Shown: positions 17,207 through 27,249, counted from the stretch's first letter. The stretch: 34,596 nt of DNA from a virus (IMGVR_UViG_2657244943_000010), one strand, 5' to 3'. Notes: a model not told the origin generated them from the sequence alone. A program made the numbers and translations.

Positions 17207-17680
17207 ATGACGCAACTCGCCAGCCTGACGGCATTCATTGAAAACAATCTGCCGGCACGCGCACGCATTCCGTTCACCAGTGACATGGATGACATCACGC
17301 TCGTTCCGTTTACGAAGTCGCTGGGGCACGGGCAGTTATGTACGCAGGTCCGAAAATATACGGCTTTTCTGCGATGGGACGCATGGCCCTATCGTCAGCT
17401 CAATCCGGATTTGGTGTTTTCTCTGGTTGAAGCCTGGCTGGCAGACAACGGCGGTGACCTGCGCCAGCGCCTGGCACCGGATGCGCCAGCCGTTGACGTC
17501 GAAGTGGATGATGAAAATGAAGTGGCATGGCTGGAAATCAGTCTGCCGCTGGTTGATCCCATCACCCTGGTTGAGGACGAAAACGGCCCCATCCCCAGAG
17601 GCGGGAAACGTTACCAGCTGGAAAAGCCTGAAATCTGGGTGGCTCAGGCGCATCAGCTTCACTGCCAGGTGATGCCATGA
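17207..17680 (+). CDS. Putative tail completion protein (gpR-like position)
   Basis: 157 aa immediately after gpL; assignment by position and size. Confidence 0.45.
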   Translation: MTQLASLTAFIENNLPARARIPFTSDMDDITLVPFTKSLGHGQLCTQVRKYTAFLRWDAWPYRQLNPDLVFSLVEAWLADNGGDLRQRLAPDAPAVDVEVDDENEVAWLEISLPLVDPITLVEDENGPIPRGGKRYQLEKPEIWVAQAHQLHCQVMP

Positions 17681-18390
17681 CGCGCTCCGTGATTAACGAG
17701 TCACAACTCCGGCAGGTTCGTCGCGCCATCAGAGAGGCAGAACTTCCGCCGGCAAAGGCCAGAAAGCTGCTGGTTCGCATTGCGAAATACGGCCTGATAC
17801 CGGCTGCACGACGCAATGTGAAAGCACAGCGAACACCGGAGGGGGCAGCCTGGGCACCACGAAAAAGACCGGATAAAGCCAGCGGCAGGTATAAAAACAA
17901 AATGCTGCTGGGACTGCCGAAACTGCTGGCCATCAGGGTTGACGGCAGCGGGAAAAGTGTCCGCCTTTTCTTCAAAAAAGGGGATTACAACACCGGCTCT
18001 CATGGTGGGGCGGTCGCGTGGGTGCAACAGCACGGCGCAACCATCAAAGGCCGCGCCACAAAACGCCGGGACAGCGAAGCCATGCGCACCCGTCCAGCCA
18101 CACGACGGCAGGCAGAACGCCTTCTTTCTCTGGGCTTTCGCGCCTCCGTCGGCGCAGTCAACAAAAAAAACGGACGCAGGGGACGCAGAAAGCCTTCTCT
18201 GAAATGGATTATGGAAAACATGAGTATGGCGCAGGCCGGACTGGTGATCAGCATTCTGAAAGGCGAGCAGAAAAAACGTGTATGGGAAATCAAAATCCCC
18301 TCCCGCGCATTTCTGGGAGCCAGCGATGCTGAATTTGCCCGTATTCTGGAAGCGCAGCTGCGCAGCCTGCATTACGGCGGCACGAGATAA
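17677..18390 (+). CDS. Putative virion morphogenesis / tail completion protein (gpS-like position)
   Basis: 237 aa basic protein, ATGA-coupled to the upstream gene. Confidence 0.45.
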   Translation: MTRSVINESQLRQVRRAIREAELPPAKARKLLVRIAKYGLIPAARRNVKAQRTPEGAAWAPRKRPDKASGRYKNKMLLGLPKLLAIRVDGSGKSVRLFFKKGDYNTGSHGGAVAWVQQHGATIKGRATKRRDSEAMRTRPATRRQAERLLSLGFRASVGAVNKKNGRRGRRKPSLKWIMENMSMAQAGLVISILKGEQKKRVWEIKIPSRAFLGASDAEFARILEAQLRSLHYGGTR

Positions 18391-18409
18391 CAAAATCAGG
18401 AGACAAACC

Positions 18410-19558
18410 ATGACATGGCCATCTGTCACGATTGAACAGTACAACACATTCAGCAGTTCACCGGACGGCGTGGAAAATACGCTGCTGTTTGTGGGCAATG
18501 CACAAAACAACAAAGGTGAGGTTCTGCCGGTTAATGCCAACAGCGATCTGGATGAGCTACTGGGAAAGAACGCCAGCCCGCTGAAGAACTTCCTTCAGTC
18601 TGCACTGACCAATGCCGGACAGAATGCCTTTTTCTATGTTGCCGTTCTGCCGGAAGCCGGCAAAGGCAAAGAAGCAACGCCAGCCTGCCAGGTATGGCAG
18701 AACGCCATACTGGCGGCTCAGGAAACTGTTTCAGTTGAAGGCGTGGTGATCACCGAGCCGGTCAGCACGAAGGATGACATCAACGCCATACAGGCGTTAC
18801 GTCAGACCATCATCAATAAATATCAGCGCCGCATCTGGTTCATCCTGACCATCGCCGCCAACGACAACAGTAAAACCTGGGCGGAATACGTTGCCGAACT
18901 GACCGCACTACAGAAAGGCATTGCAGCCCCGCAGGTCATGCTGGTTCCGGAGATTTTTGGATTTGAACCGGGCGTTCTTGCCGGTCGCCTGTGTAACAGC
19001 GCCGTCACCATTGCTGACAGTCCGGCACGTGTGGCAACCGGGCCCCTGTCCGCACTGAAAACCACAGAACGCCCGAAAGACAGCACAGGGCAGGCAATTG
19101 ATCTCGACACTCTGCAGGCACTGGCAACCGCCCGCTACAGCGTGCCCATGTGGTATGCCGACTATGACGGCCTTTACTGGGCTGACGGTGTAACACTTGA
19201 AGTGGAAGGCGGGGACTACAACGTCATTGAGCATGTCCGCATTGCTGATAAGGTGGCGCGCCGCGTGCGGCTGATGGCCATCCCCAAGATTGCCGACCGC
19301 TCGCTGAACAGCACGCCGGGCAGCATTGCCGCACATGAAACGCTGTTTGCCCGCCCACTGCGTGCCATGGCGAAATCCATGCAAATTAACGGCATCACGT
19401 TTCCGGGCGAAGTGAAATCGCCCCGGAAAGGCGACGTGGTTATCACCTGGCAGGACGAAAAGACGGTCAGCATCAGCATTGTCGTCCGCCCTTACGCCTG
19501 CCCTAAAACCATCAAAGTGGGCATTCAGCTGGATAAATCTCTGGAGGAAAACGCATGA
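18410..19558 (+). CDS. Putative contractile tail sheath protein
   Basis: 382 aa from ATG 18410 (AGGAG upstream); position before tube, chaperone and tape measure; assignment positional. Confidence 0.5.
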   Translation: MTWPSVTIEQYNTFSSSPDGVENTLLFVGNAQNNKGEVLPVNANSDLDELLGKNASPLKNFLQSALTNAGQNAFFYVAVLPEAGKGKEATPACQVWQNAILAAQETVSVEGVVITEPVSTKDDINAIQALRQTIINKYQRRIWFILTIAANDNSKTWAEYVAELTALQKGIAAPQVMLVPEIFGFEPGVLAGRLCNSAVTIADSPARVATGPLSALKTTERPKDSTGQAIDLDTLQALATARYSVPMWYADYDGLYWADGVTLEVEGGDYNVIEHVRIADKVARRVRLMAIPKIADRSLNSTPGSIAAHETLFARPLRAMAKSMQINGITFPGEVKSPRKGDVVITWQDEKTVSISIVVRPYACPKTIKVGIQLDKSLEENA

Positions 19559-20010
19559 CGACCCGCATTAACGGCATGGCGTTTGACACTTTTATCGGTG
19601 GAACGGATATCCATGTGAAAAGCATCTCACTGGACATCAGCGATGAAAGCGCCGTTGCCAAAACCCGTGGCATCCCTGACGGTAAACTGCGCGGCCCTGT
19701 CAGTGCCGAAGGTGAAATCGAAATGAGTACCCGCAGCTTTAACCAGCTCGGGGAAGTGGCTGCTCAGGCGGGATCGTGGCGTGACCTGCCGCCAATGGAT
19801 TTTGTGTTTTACGCCAATACGGGAACCGAAGAAATCCGCGTTGAAGCCTTCGGTTGTGAGCTGATGCTTTCTGGCCTGTTAAGCATTGACACCGAGAGCG
19901 CAGATCTGACCACGCACAAAATCAAGTACGTGGTGGCAAGCCCTGACTTTGTGCGTATCAACGGCGTGCCCGTTCTCTCAGAGAACGACGTGCGCGGACT
20001 GATGGGGTGA
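19555..20010 (+). CDS. Putative tail tube protein
   Basis: 151 aa, ATGA-coupled to the sheath gene; assignment positional. Confidence 0.5.
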   Translation: MTTRINGMAFDTFIGGTDIHVKSISLDISDESAVAKTRGIPDGKLRGPVSAEGEIEMSTRSFNQLGEVAAQAGSWRDLPPMDFVFYANTGTEEIRVEAFGCELMLSGLLSIDTESADLTTHKIKYVVASPDFVRINGVPVLSENDVRGLMG

Positions 20011-20013
20011 ACC

Positions 20014-20310
20014 ATGCAGGAGCATGAGCGCACCATTATCACTCTGGGCATTCTGGGCGGAATCGCTGCCGCAAGTCGGGTGCTGGCTGGCGCAGAGCCG
20101 ATTACGTTGCGGTTGTTTGTGGGCCGAACCCTGCTGGGGAGCGCGCTGGGTGTTTCTGCCGCTGCCCTGCTGGTTCGCTACCCGAACCTTGACCCACTGG
20201 CCATTGCCGGCGCAGGCACCGCAATGGGCGTTGCCGGTTACCAGATTGTTGAAATCTTCCTGCGTCATATGCGCCGGAAGCTGGGCGAGAAAGAGAACAA
20301 AGAGGAGTAA
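20014..20310 (+). CDS. Putative holin
   Basis: 98 aa with hydrophobic segments (IITLGILGGIAAASRVL, TLLGSALGVSAAALLV, LAIAGAGTAMGVAGYQIV) and charged C-terminal tail; directly upstream of the endolysin. Confidence 0.5.
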   Translation: MQEHERTIITLGILGGIAAASRVLAGAEPITLRLFVGRTLLGSALGVSAAALLVRYPNLDPLAIAGAGTAMGVAGYQIVEIFLRHMRRKLGEKENKEE

Positions 20311-20315
20311 CAGCA

Positions 20316-20423
20316 ATGCTGTCCCGCAGGGAACAAAAAGCTGCCGCCATTGCCTGGAAAATTATCCGGGCACTGTGGTACTGGCTGCGCAAACCTCAGC
20401 AACCTCATAAGGAGCAAAAATGA
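20316..20423 (+). CDS. Small basic amphipathic peptide (35 aa) between holin and endolysin
   Basis: ATG 20316 with AGAGGAG 8 nt upstream; stop overlaps endolysin ATG; translation MLSRREQKAAAIAWKIIRALWYWLRKPQQPHKEQK. Confidence 0.3.
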   Translation: MLSRREQKAAAIAWKIIRALWYWLRKPQQPHKEQK

Positions 20424-20761
20424 AACTCTCCGATAAGCAACAACAATTTACCGTCATGATCGGAAAACTCATCCAGTTTGCCCATCAGCGCGGTTATGGC
20501 CTGACGTTCGGTGAGGCGTACCGCACGCCAGAACAGGCAAAACTCAACGCACAAAAGGGATCCGGCATTGCCAACAGCCTGCACTGCCAGCGGCTGGCCG
20601 TGGATTTTAATCTGTTTATTAACGGTGAATATCAGACCCGCACAGAGGCCTACCGCGAGCTGGGCGAGTACTGGGAATCCCTTGGTGGCGCATGGGGCGG
20701 TCGTTTTAAAAACCGCCCGGATGGCAATCATTTCAGCCTTGAGCACGACGGCGTGCGCTGA
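20420..20761 (+). CDS. Endolysin, M15-family zinc peptidase (L-alanyl-D-glutamate peptidase type)
   Basis: 113 aa; SLHCQRLAVD and DGNHFSLEH match the H-x6-D ... H zinc-ligand pattern of small phage M15 endolysins. Confidence 0.75.
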   Translation: MKLSDKQQQFTVMIGKLIQFAHQRGYGLTFGEAYRTPEQAKLNAQKGSGIANSLHCQRLAVDFNLFINGEYQTRTEAYRELGEYWESLGGAWGGRFKNRPDGNHFSLEHDGVR

Positions 20762-20767
20762 TTTTAC

Positions 20768-20811
20768 GCTTAATAAGCCTTCCTGCAGGCTTATTAAGCC
20801 CTCTTATTCTT
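20768..20811 (+). terminator. AT-rich perfect hairpin after endolysin
   Basis: GCTTAATAAGC (20768-20778) pairs with GCTTATTAAGC (20789-20799), extendable to 13 bp; T-rich tract follows. Confidence 0.4.
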
Positions 20812-20825
20812 GACTTTAAAAGGAA

Positions 20826-21119
20826 ATGATGATGAACGATAAAAACACCCAGACTACCGCAGAGAACACCATCACTTTACAGGTCGGCGAGCATGAACTG
20901 ACGTTTATCCCGACCGTAAAAGCCTACAACGACCTGCAGAACGACTTCATGCCGGATAACAAAATCGCGCCGCTGAAAAACTACCTGCGCCGTATCGTGA
21001 TTAAAGAGCACCGCGATCTGCTGAACCAGTTGCTGGAAAAACCAGGAATGCCGGCCAGCCTGGCAACAGCCGTGAATAACGAGTTTGTGCCGGAAGTGGA
21101 AATCACCGTAAAAAAATAA
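20826..21119 (+). CDS. Tail assembly chaperone (short, zero-frame product)
   Basis: 97 aa directly upstream of tape measure; ends in an A7 slippery run. Confidence 0.6.
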   Translation: MMMNDKNTQTTAENTITLQVGEHELTFIPTVKAYNDLQNDFMPDNKIAPLKNYLRRIVIKEHRDLLNQLLEKPGMPASLATAVNNEFVPEVEITVKK

Positions 21120-21307
21120 AAAGCCATCTGGGGGCCATTGATCGCCATGACCTTACCCGGATGCTGATCCTGCGCCGCCACTGGCTGCCCGGCGAGGATG
21201 ACTCGCCGCAGTCACTGGCTGCCGCCGTCTGGCTGGATAACCACTACTGGGAAAATATGAGCATCGCCGTCAATAACGGCATTATCCGTGCTTTTAAGGG
21301 ATCGTAA
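21110..21307 (+). other. Programmed -1 frameshift site and -1-frame extension of the tail chaperone
   Basis: Heptamer A_AAA_AAA at 21110-21116 spans the last zero-frame codons; the -1 frame stays open for about 63 codons (KKIKSHLGAIDRHDLTRMLILRRHWLPGEDD...AFKGS) to TAA 21305-21307, overlapping the tape-measure ATG. Confidence 0.6.
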
Positions 21308-23403
21308 TGTCACAACAGCGCCTTGAATTACTTCTTGAACTGACAGACCGCCTGACAAGGCCGTTGCGTGCAGCCGGGCGACAGGTTCAGGGATTTGCTG
21401 CAACAAGTCGGGGAGCCTTTCGGGACATTGCTACCGGAGGCGCTGCGCTCTGGGGAGTGGGTGCAGCCATTCAGGGGGCACTGATGCCAGCCATTGAAAT
21501 GGACAGGGCGCTCGGTGAGGTGAAATCACTGGGCGTCGCAGAGTCCGGATTGCGTAAACTCAGCCGCGCCGCCGTTGATTTCACTATGGAATACGGCGGG
21601 GCTGCGCAGGATTTTGTGCGTGCTTCTTACGACATCCAGTCAGCCATTGCCGGGTTAACTGACGATGAGCTGTCCCGCTTCACCACCGCATCAGCAACGG
21701 TGGCAGCAGCAACCAAATCCAGCAGCCAGACCATTACCGCCTACATGGGCACCATGTACGGCATCTTTAAAGACCAGGCTGATGCCATGGGAAAAAGCAA
21801 ATGGGTGGAGCAGGTCGCCGGGCAAACCGCCACCGCCGTGCAAATGTTTAAAACAACCGGCGATAACATGTCAGCAGCGTTCACCACGCTGGGTGCCAGT
21901 GCAAAAGCGGCCGGTATTGATGCGGCTGAACAGTTCGCCGTGCTGGGACAACTACAGGCCACCATGAGTGGCAGCGAGGCCGGGACAAAGTACAAGGCAT
22001 TTCTTGCCGCAGTAGGCAGCGCCCAGAAAAAGCTGGGGCTTAATTTCGTGAATAAAGACGGCACGATGAAAAGTGTTGTCGAGATCATGAAACTTATCAG
22101 GGGTAAATTTGGTGATCTGTCAAAAGTGGCTGATTCCGATTTGCTGAAAAGCGCCTTTGGCTCCGATGAAGCTGTGGCCATGATTAAATTACTCAATGCG
22201 GACATTGGCGGACTTGAAAAGAATATCGCCACGCTGGGCAATATCAAAGGTATGGATAAGGCTGTCGAAATGGCACAGGCCATGGCTGATCCATGGGAAC
22301 AGGCCGCTGCAATTATTAACGGCATTCGCATCGAAATTGGCACGCAGTTGCTGCCTGTTCTGTACCCGTTTATCCAGAAAAGCAACGAAGGCGGTAAATC
22401 CTTTGTTGCTTGGTTACGCCTGTATCCAAACATCACTCGCGCAATCGGCTTATTAAGCGCGGCACTTATTGGTGTTGCGGCGGTTGGCGCAACGGTCAAT
22501 GTCGTAATGGGGGTTGCGAAATTTATCTGGGTGGGATTACGCATGGTCTGGATGGCCGTCATCGCCCCACTGAAATTAATCGTTTTTCTGTATCGCACAA
22601 TGAGAGTGGTTATGCTTGCGCTCTGTGCTGCCGCCCGCATGGTAAGAGCAATATATCTGGCAATAAACATCGCCATGGGAGTGATGAATATTCGCGCCAG
22701 AGCACAACTGCTATTGATGGGCCTACAACGTGCCGGAATGCTCCTGCAGGCAGCAGCATTATCAGCCGTTTCTGTTGCCATGGGGATTTATTCCGCAGTC
22801 ACCAGCGGAGCCGCAATTGCAACACAATTACTTTTCAGCCCCATCACATTAATCATCCTGGCACTGGCTGCGCTGGGTGTGGGCATTTATTTCCTGATTA
22901 CCCGCTGGGATGAGATTAAAGCCGCGCTGATGGATACCGCCGCCTTTCAGTGGGTGGCTGAAATGGTCGGCAGTATGGGGGAATGGTTCGGCAATGCATG
23001 GAACACAATCCAGGACGGCTGGAATGCACTGGTTAACTATTTTTCCACGCATTCACCACTGGATGCCCTGAAGGATCTCGCGGGCGGCATCCTGAATATT
23101 TTCAGTAACCTCTGGGAACTGGTGAAACAGTCCTTCAGTGATTCATGGGGCTGGATTGTAGGCAAGCTCAACATGATCCCCGGCGTCAATATCGACACAC
23201 CGGAAAGCACAGGAAGTGGCGAAGGCTCCGTATTAACCGGCAGCAAAGCCATCAGTGCGGGACCGGGCGGCATTGCGGCAGAGATGCAGAACAACAGCGA
23301 AAACCAGACCACCATCGACAACTCCCGTCGTGTGGTTAACGTCAATGTGCAGGATCCATCCCCTGCCCGTCTTAACGAGTGGATGGAGCTGCATGCATAC
23401 TGA
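21307..23403 (+). CDS. Tail tape measure protein
   Basis: 698 aa; Ala/Gly-rich helical N-terminal half, hydrophobic middle segments, position after chaperone/frameshift. Confidence 0.85.
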   Translation: MSQQRLELLLELTDRLTRPLRAAGRQVQGFAATSRGAFRDIATGGAALWGVGAAIQGALMPAIEMDRALGEVKSLGVAESGLRKLSRAAVDFTMEYGGAAQDFVRASYDIQSAIAGLTDDELSRFTTASATVAAATKSSSQTITAYMGTMYGIFKDQADAMGKSKWVEQVAGQTATAVQMFKTTGDNMSAAFTTLGASAKAAGIDAAEQFAVLGQLQATMSGSEAGTKYKAFLAAVGSAQKKLGLNFVNKDGTMKSVVEIMKLIRGKFGDLSKVADSDLLKSAFGSDEAVAMIKLLNADIGGLEKNIATLGNIKGMDKAVEMAQAMADPWEQAAAIINGIRIEIGTQLLPVLYPFIQKSNEGGKSFVAWLRLYPNITRAIGLLSAALIGVAAVGATVNVVMGVAKFIWVGLRMVWMAVIAPLKLIVFLYRTMRVVMLALCAAARMVRAIYLAINIAMGVMNIRARAQLLLMGLQRAGMLLQAAALSAVSVAMGIYSAVTSGAAIATQLLFSPITLIILALAALGVGIYFLITRWDEIKAALMDTAAFQWVAEMVGSMGEWFGNAWNTIQDGWNALVNYFSTHSPLDALKDLAGGILNIFSNLWELVKQSFSDSWGWIVGKLNMIPGVNIDTPESTGSGEGSVLTGSKAISAGPGGIAAEMQNNSENQTTIDNSRRVVNVNVQDPSPARLNEWMELHAY

Positions 23404-23743
23404 TAAACCGCTTTACATTGATTTGCTCATCACCGGCCGCAATCTCACGCTGAACAGCGCCAGTGAGCCGGTGTTATGCAACAACAGGGAAAGTATTGCC
23501 CAGGACTGCCAGCACGCCATCATTGAAAGCGGACTGGCAACGCGCCTGCTGGCTGAAAAAAGCCCGACGCTTCGTGCCGACATCATGATGCAGATGACAC
23601 TGCTGATTGAAGATGATGAGCGCATCACACCTGGCACGGTCAGTGTGACAGAAGAAACCCCGCTTTCTGGTCGCCTGCTGATTAGCGCCCACACCGAAGA
23701 TTTTTTTGAACCCCTGACTTTTACGGTATCTCTTGATGATTAA
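23393..23743 (+). CDS. Putative baseplate wedge protein (gpW/gp25-like position)
   Basis: 116 aa from ATG 23393 (GGAG upstream); directly precedes the baseplate J-like gene. Confidence 0.4.
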   Translation: MHTDKPLYIDLLITGRNLTLNSASEPVLCNNRESIAQDCQHAIIESGLATRLLAEKSPTLRADIMMQMTLLIEDDERITPGTVSVTEETPLSGRLLISAHTEDFFEPLTFTVSLDD

Positions 23744-24920
23744 CGGCAAACCTACCGCAGATTACGAGCGCATTCTGGCTGATAATGGCATGCCGGTAAC
23801 CGAAGAACAGGCACGTGCTGAATTTGAAGCCATTGTCAAAGACGAAGGGCTTATCACCAACACATCCCGCATGTCGCCGTTCTGGCGACTGATTACAGCT
23901 ATCACCACAAAACCCGTAATGTGGCTGAAAGATGCGCTGGTTAATGTGGTGATGAAAAACCTGTTTCTGGCTGATGCCAGCGGTGTATTCGTTGATGTTT
24001 TTGCCTGGGCGGTAAACCTGCAACGCAAGGCCGCCACGCACGCAGCCGGCGTGATTCGTTTCACCAAAAACGACATTGATCACGCAGTTACCGTGCCGGC
24101 CGGTACGCAGATTCAGACAGAACGCATTAACGGCGTGATTTATACGCTGACCGTTGTCAGGGATACCGTTATTCCGGCAGGAACACTCAGCATGAACATC
24201 GATGTTTCTGCGGAACAGGCCGGGGCCGGCTTTAACCTTGCGCCGGGATATTACCGCATCCTTCCGGTGGCGATTGATGGTATTGCCGGTGTTGAGAACG
24301 ATGAAAACTGGCTGACCACACCGGGTGCCAACGAAGAAAGCGATGACGAGCTGCGTGATCGTGTTCGCAATCAGTTTAATCTTGCCGGCGCTTATCACAC
24401 AGATGCTGTTTACCGGGGATTAATTGCCGGCGTTGCCGGCATCAGTGCCGACCGCATCTATTTTCTGCATGACGCACCACGCGGCCCAGGCACAGCAAAT
24501 GCTTACATTCTGCTGGATACTGGCATCGCATCCGAACCGTTCGTTGATGCAGTAAACGCATTCATTAACGATGAAGGTCATCACGGACACGGTGATGATC
24601 TGCGCTGTTTTTCCATGCCTGAAACACGCCACACCCTGACCGTGACACTCTGGTTATATGCAACACTGAACCTCAGCGATGAGGAAATTCAGACGTTATT
24701 GCGCAATGTGGAAAATCTGGTTCGCTGTGCATTTCGAGAAAACAGCGATTATGACGTTCAGAAAACATGGCCGTATAGCCGTTTCAGCATGTCCAGACTG
24801 GGCGAAGAGATCCACCAGGTATTTCCACAGGTGGAGTCGGTTACATTTTCTCTTCCGGATATTCTCAGTGATCTGGCTGTTCCTCGTCTGGAATCCCTTA
24901 CTGTGGAGGTGAGCGCGTGA
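23736..24920 (+). CDS. Baseplate J-like protein
   Basis: 394 aa; size, ESDDELRDRVRNQF segment and position before gpI-like and fibre genes match baseplate J proteins. Confidence 0.65.
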   Translation: MINGKPTADYERILADNGMPVTEEQARAEFEAIVKDEGLITNTSRMSPFWRLITAITTKPVMWLKDALVNVVMKNLFLADASGVFVDVFAWAVNLQRKAATHAAGVIRFTKNDIDHAVTVPAGTQIQTERINGVIYTLTVVRDTVIPAGTLSMNIDVSAEQAGAGFNLAPGYYRILPVAIDGIAGVENDENWLTTPGANEESDDELRDRVRNQFNLAGAYHTDAVYRGLIAGVAGISADRIYFLHDAPRGPGTANAYILLDTGIASEPFVDAVNAFINDEGHHGHGDDLRCFSMPETRHTLTVTLWLYATLNLSDEEIQTLLRNVENLVRCAFRENSDYDVQKTWPYSRFSMSRLGEEIHQVFPQVESVTFSLPDILSDLAVPRLESLTVEVSA

Positions 24921-25552
24921 AACTTCCGGAGATCCCTGAACTCCCGCTCCCCACCTGGATGAATAAAGGCGAGCCGTTAACGCTGGCACATTCATCGCAT
25001 CGCTACTGGGAAAAGGTATACAGCTGGCTGACGTGGCCACTACAGCAGATTGATGTCGACACCTGCGCAGAGCCTTTACTTAACCTGCTGGCTTATCAGC
25101 GCAATATCACCCGATTTAAAGGTGAGCCGGTTTCGTTATTTCGCTTAAGAGTGAAACACGCGTTTATTAACGCTCAGGACTCGGGCGAACGCGCCGGCTT
25201 CGAACGCATCTTTAAGCGTCTTGGCGTGGGAGACGTTAAAACACTGGAACGGCAACTGCAGCATGACTGGGACGTTATTTTACTGCGCATTAATGACACC
25301 CAGTTAAGTGAAAACAACGCGCTGATGATGCAGCTCGTGCGCCAGTATGGTCGTACCTGCAGGCGCTATTTCTTTCAGGTAATCAATACAACCACTGCCC
25401 GGCTGACAGCCGGCACATTTGATGGCCATTACAGGTATCACACAGCAGAAGCAACGGTGAGAAAGGACACCATCTGGTTAACCGCTTCGCTACAGGCAGG
25501 ACATTACGGCCTGTCCGTGGAGCATTACACATTACAGGCAGACGAAGCATGA
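24917..25552 (+). CDS. Putative baseplate/tail protein (gpI-like position)
   Basis: 211 aa, GTG start overlapping J stop, GGAGG RBS; between J-like and fibre genes. Confidence 0.5.
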   Translation: MKLPEIPELPLPTWMNKGEPLTLAHSSHRYWEKVYSWLTWPLQQIDVDTCAEPLLNLLAYQRNITRFKGEPVSLFRLRVKHAFINAQDSGERAGFERIFKRLGVGDVKTLERQLQHDWDVILLRINDTQLSENNALMMQLVRQYGRTCRRYFFQVINTTTARLTAGTFDGHYRYHTAEATVRKDTIWLTASLQAGHYGLSVEHYTLQADEA

Positions 25553-27249
25553 GCACGATTATTACTGAACAGTACGAACACTGGTGTGCGAATCAGCTCA
25601 TCAGTGGAAAACCTGCGCGCCCGGATACATTTGTTTTTGCATATATTCCGGGACAGGATGAATCCGCAGAGATCCCCCGCGATGAGATACTCCCTGATGA
25701 ATCCATGATTCAGTATCGTGCGCCGGTCACCCAGTACGGCCTCCTGTCGCCGAACGCGACCGCGTTTTCCATCATTCTGGACACGACAGTCGGCGACTTC
25801 GAATACAACTGGATCGGTCTGCTGAACGAAGAAAGCGGCGTGCTCTGCATGATTGCACACACACCTCGTCAGCAAAAAATTAAAACAGCGAACGGCGTGC
25901 AGGGAAACAACCTGATCCGCACATTTTCCATGGAGTTTGACGGCGCAGCCGCAGCAATGCATATCGATGTCAGCGCTGATGTCTGGCAGATTGATTTCAC
26001 TGCACGCCTTGCAGGAATGGATGAGGCCCGCCGGCTGCTGGCGTTTGATCACTACGGTGAAGCCGCTTTTCTGGGGGATGGTTTTCAGGTCAGCTATCAG
26101 GACGGTACCGCTACTGTTGCCGCCGGCGTGGGTTATGTGGGAGGTCTGCGCGTCAGTCTGCGCGAACCTTACAGCCTGCCGGCTGCGGTCGGGGATACCC
26201 TCTGGATTGATGCAAGCTGGCAGGGATTTGTTACTGGCGAATGGAATACCGTTTTTACGTTCTGCGCCCGCCAGGAACATGCGTCTTATACAGACGGTAA
26301 CGGCTTCCGACACTTTGTCGCGCCACTTGCAAAAATGACAGGAGACGGCCCACAGGACCTGCGCCCGGAGACACCCGACGAAGAACAAAGCAATGCACTG
26401 ACAGAGCACGAAAAATCCCGCCATCATCCGGACGCAACACTGCAGGAGAAAGGCTTTGCGCAGTACAGCAACTCCACCGACAGCGACGCAGAAGACCGCG
26501 CCGCCACATCAAAGGCAGTAAAAGCCGCAATGGATAAAGCAAAAGACGCTGTTGAGCGCGACGGCGACACCATGACCGGGGAGCTGAAAATCCGTGGTGT
26601 TAATGCACTGAGGATTTTCAACGAAGCTTTTGGCCTGATTTTTCGTCGTTCGGAAGAGTGCCTGCACCTTATCCCTACCAGTGAAGGTCAGGGCGAGAAT
26701 GGCGATATTGGCCCCCTGCGTCCGTTCACTATTAATTTGCGGACGGGTGAAGTTTCCATGTCACACGCAGTATCTGTTGGCGGTGGTTCGAAAGTTAACG
26801 GTGCGTTGGGTATCGGCGTTCAGAATGCGCTGGGCGGAAACTCAATTGCTTTCGGGGATAACGATACCGGCCTGAAACAGAATGGTGATGGCCTGCTGGA
26901 TGTTTATGCCAATAGCGTGCATGTGTTGCGTTTTCAGAGTGGCAGCATTCAGAGTAATAAACCTGTAAACGTTACCGGGCGGGTAACACCGTCAGACTAC
27001 GGAAACTTTGATGCCCGTTACCAGACCAAAACAGGCGGCGTGCAGGATGTGCGTTATGGTTCCGAAATGTATTACAACCCGGGAGGTAACCAGATATCCT
27101 GGACATTTCGCTCACCTTCAGGCCATGGATTATCTGGTATTAATGTGCAGGAAACCGGAAGTAATTCGGCAGATAACATCGGCGGCGTGTATTACCGACC
27201 GCTTCAGAAACTGATTAACGGCACCTGGTATAACGTGGCGAGTGTTTAA
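25549..27249 (+). CDS. Tail fibre protein 1 (P2 gpH-like)
   Basis: 566 aa; LTEHEKSRHHPDATLQEKGFAQYSNSTDSDAEDRAATSKAVKAAMD closely parallels the conserved P2 H segment; Gly/Asn-rich distal region. Confidence 0.8.
   Translation: MSTIITEQYEHWCANQLISGKPARPDTFVFAYIPGQDESAEIPRDEILPDESMIQYRAPVTQYGLLSPNATAFSIILDTTVGDFEYNWIGLLNEESGVLCMIAHTPRQQKIKTANGVQGNNLIRTFSMEFDGAAAAMHIDVSADVWQIDFTARLAGMDEARRLLAFDHYGEAAFLGDGFQVSYQDGTATVAAGVGYVGGLRVSLREPYSLPAAVGDTLWIDASWQGFVTGEWNTVFTFCARQEHASYTDGNGFRHFVAPLAKMTGDGPQDLRPETPDEEQSNALTEHEKSRHHPDATLQEKGFAQYSNSTDSDAEDRAATSKAVKAAMDKAKDAVERDGDTMTGELKIRGVNALRIFNEAFGLIFRRSEECLHLIPTSEGQGENGDIGPLRPFTINLRTGEVSMSHAVSVGGGSKVNGALGIGVQNALGGNSIAFGDNDTGLKQNGDGLLDVYANSVHVLRFQSGSIQSNKPVNVTGRVTPSDYGNFDARYQTKTGGVQDVRYGSEMYYNPGGNQISWTFRSPSGHGLSGINVQETGSNSADNIGGVYYRPLQKLINGTWYNVASV

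Noticed and set aside
21741-22781. 346-aa minus-strand ORF
   Set aside because: Antisense to the tape measure gene; composition artefact of an Ala-rich sense frame.
25525-26427. 300-aa minus-strand ORF
   Set aside because: Antisense to tail fibre gene 1, whose P2 H-like homology is strong.
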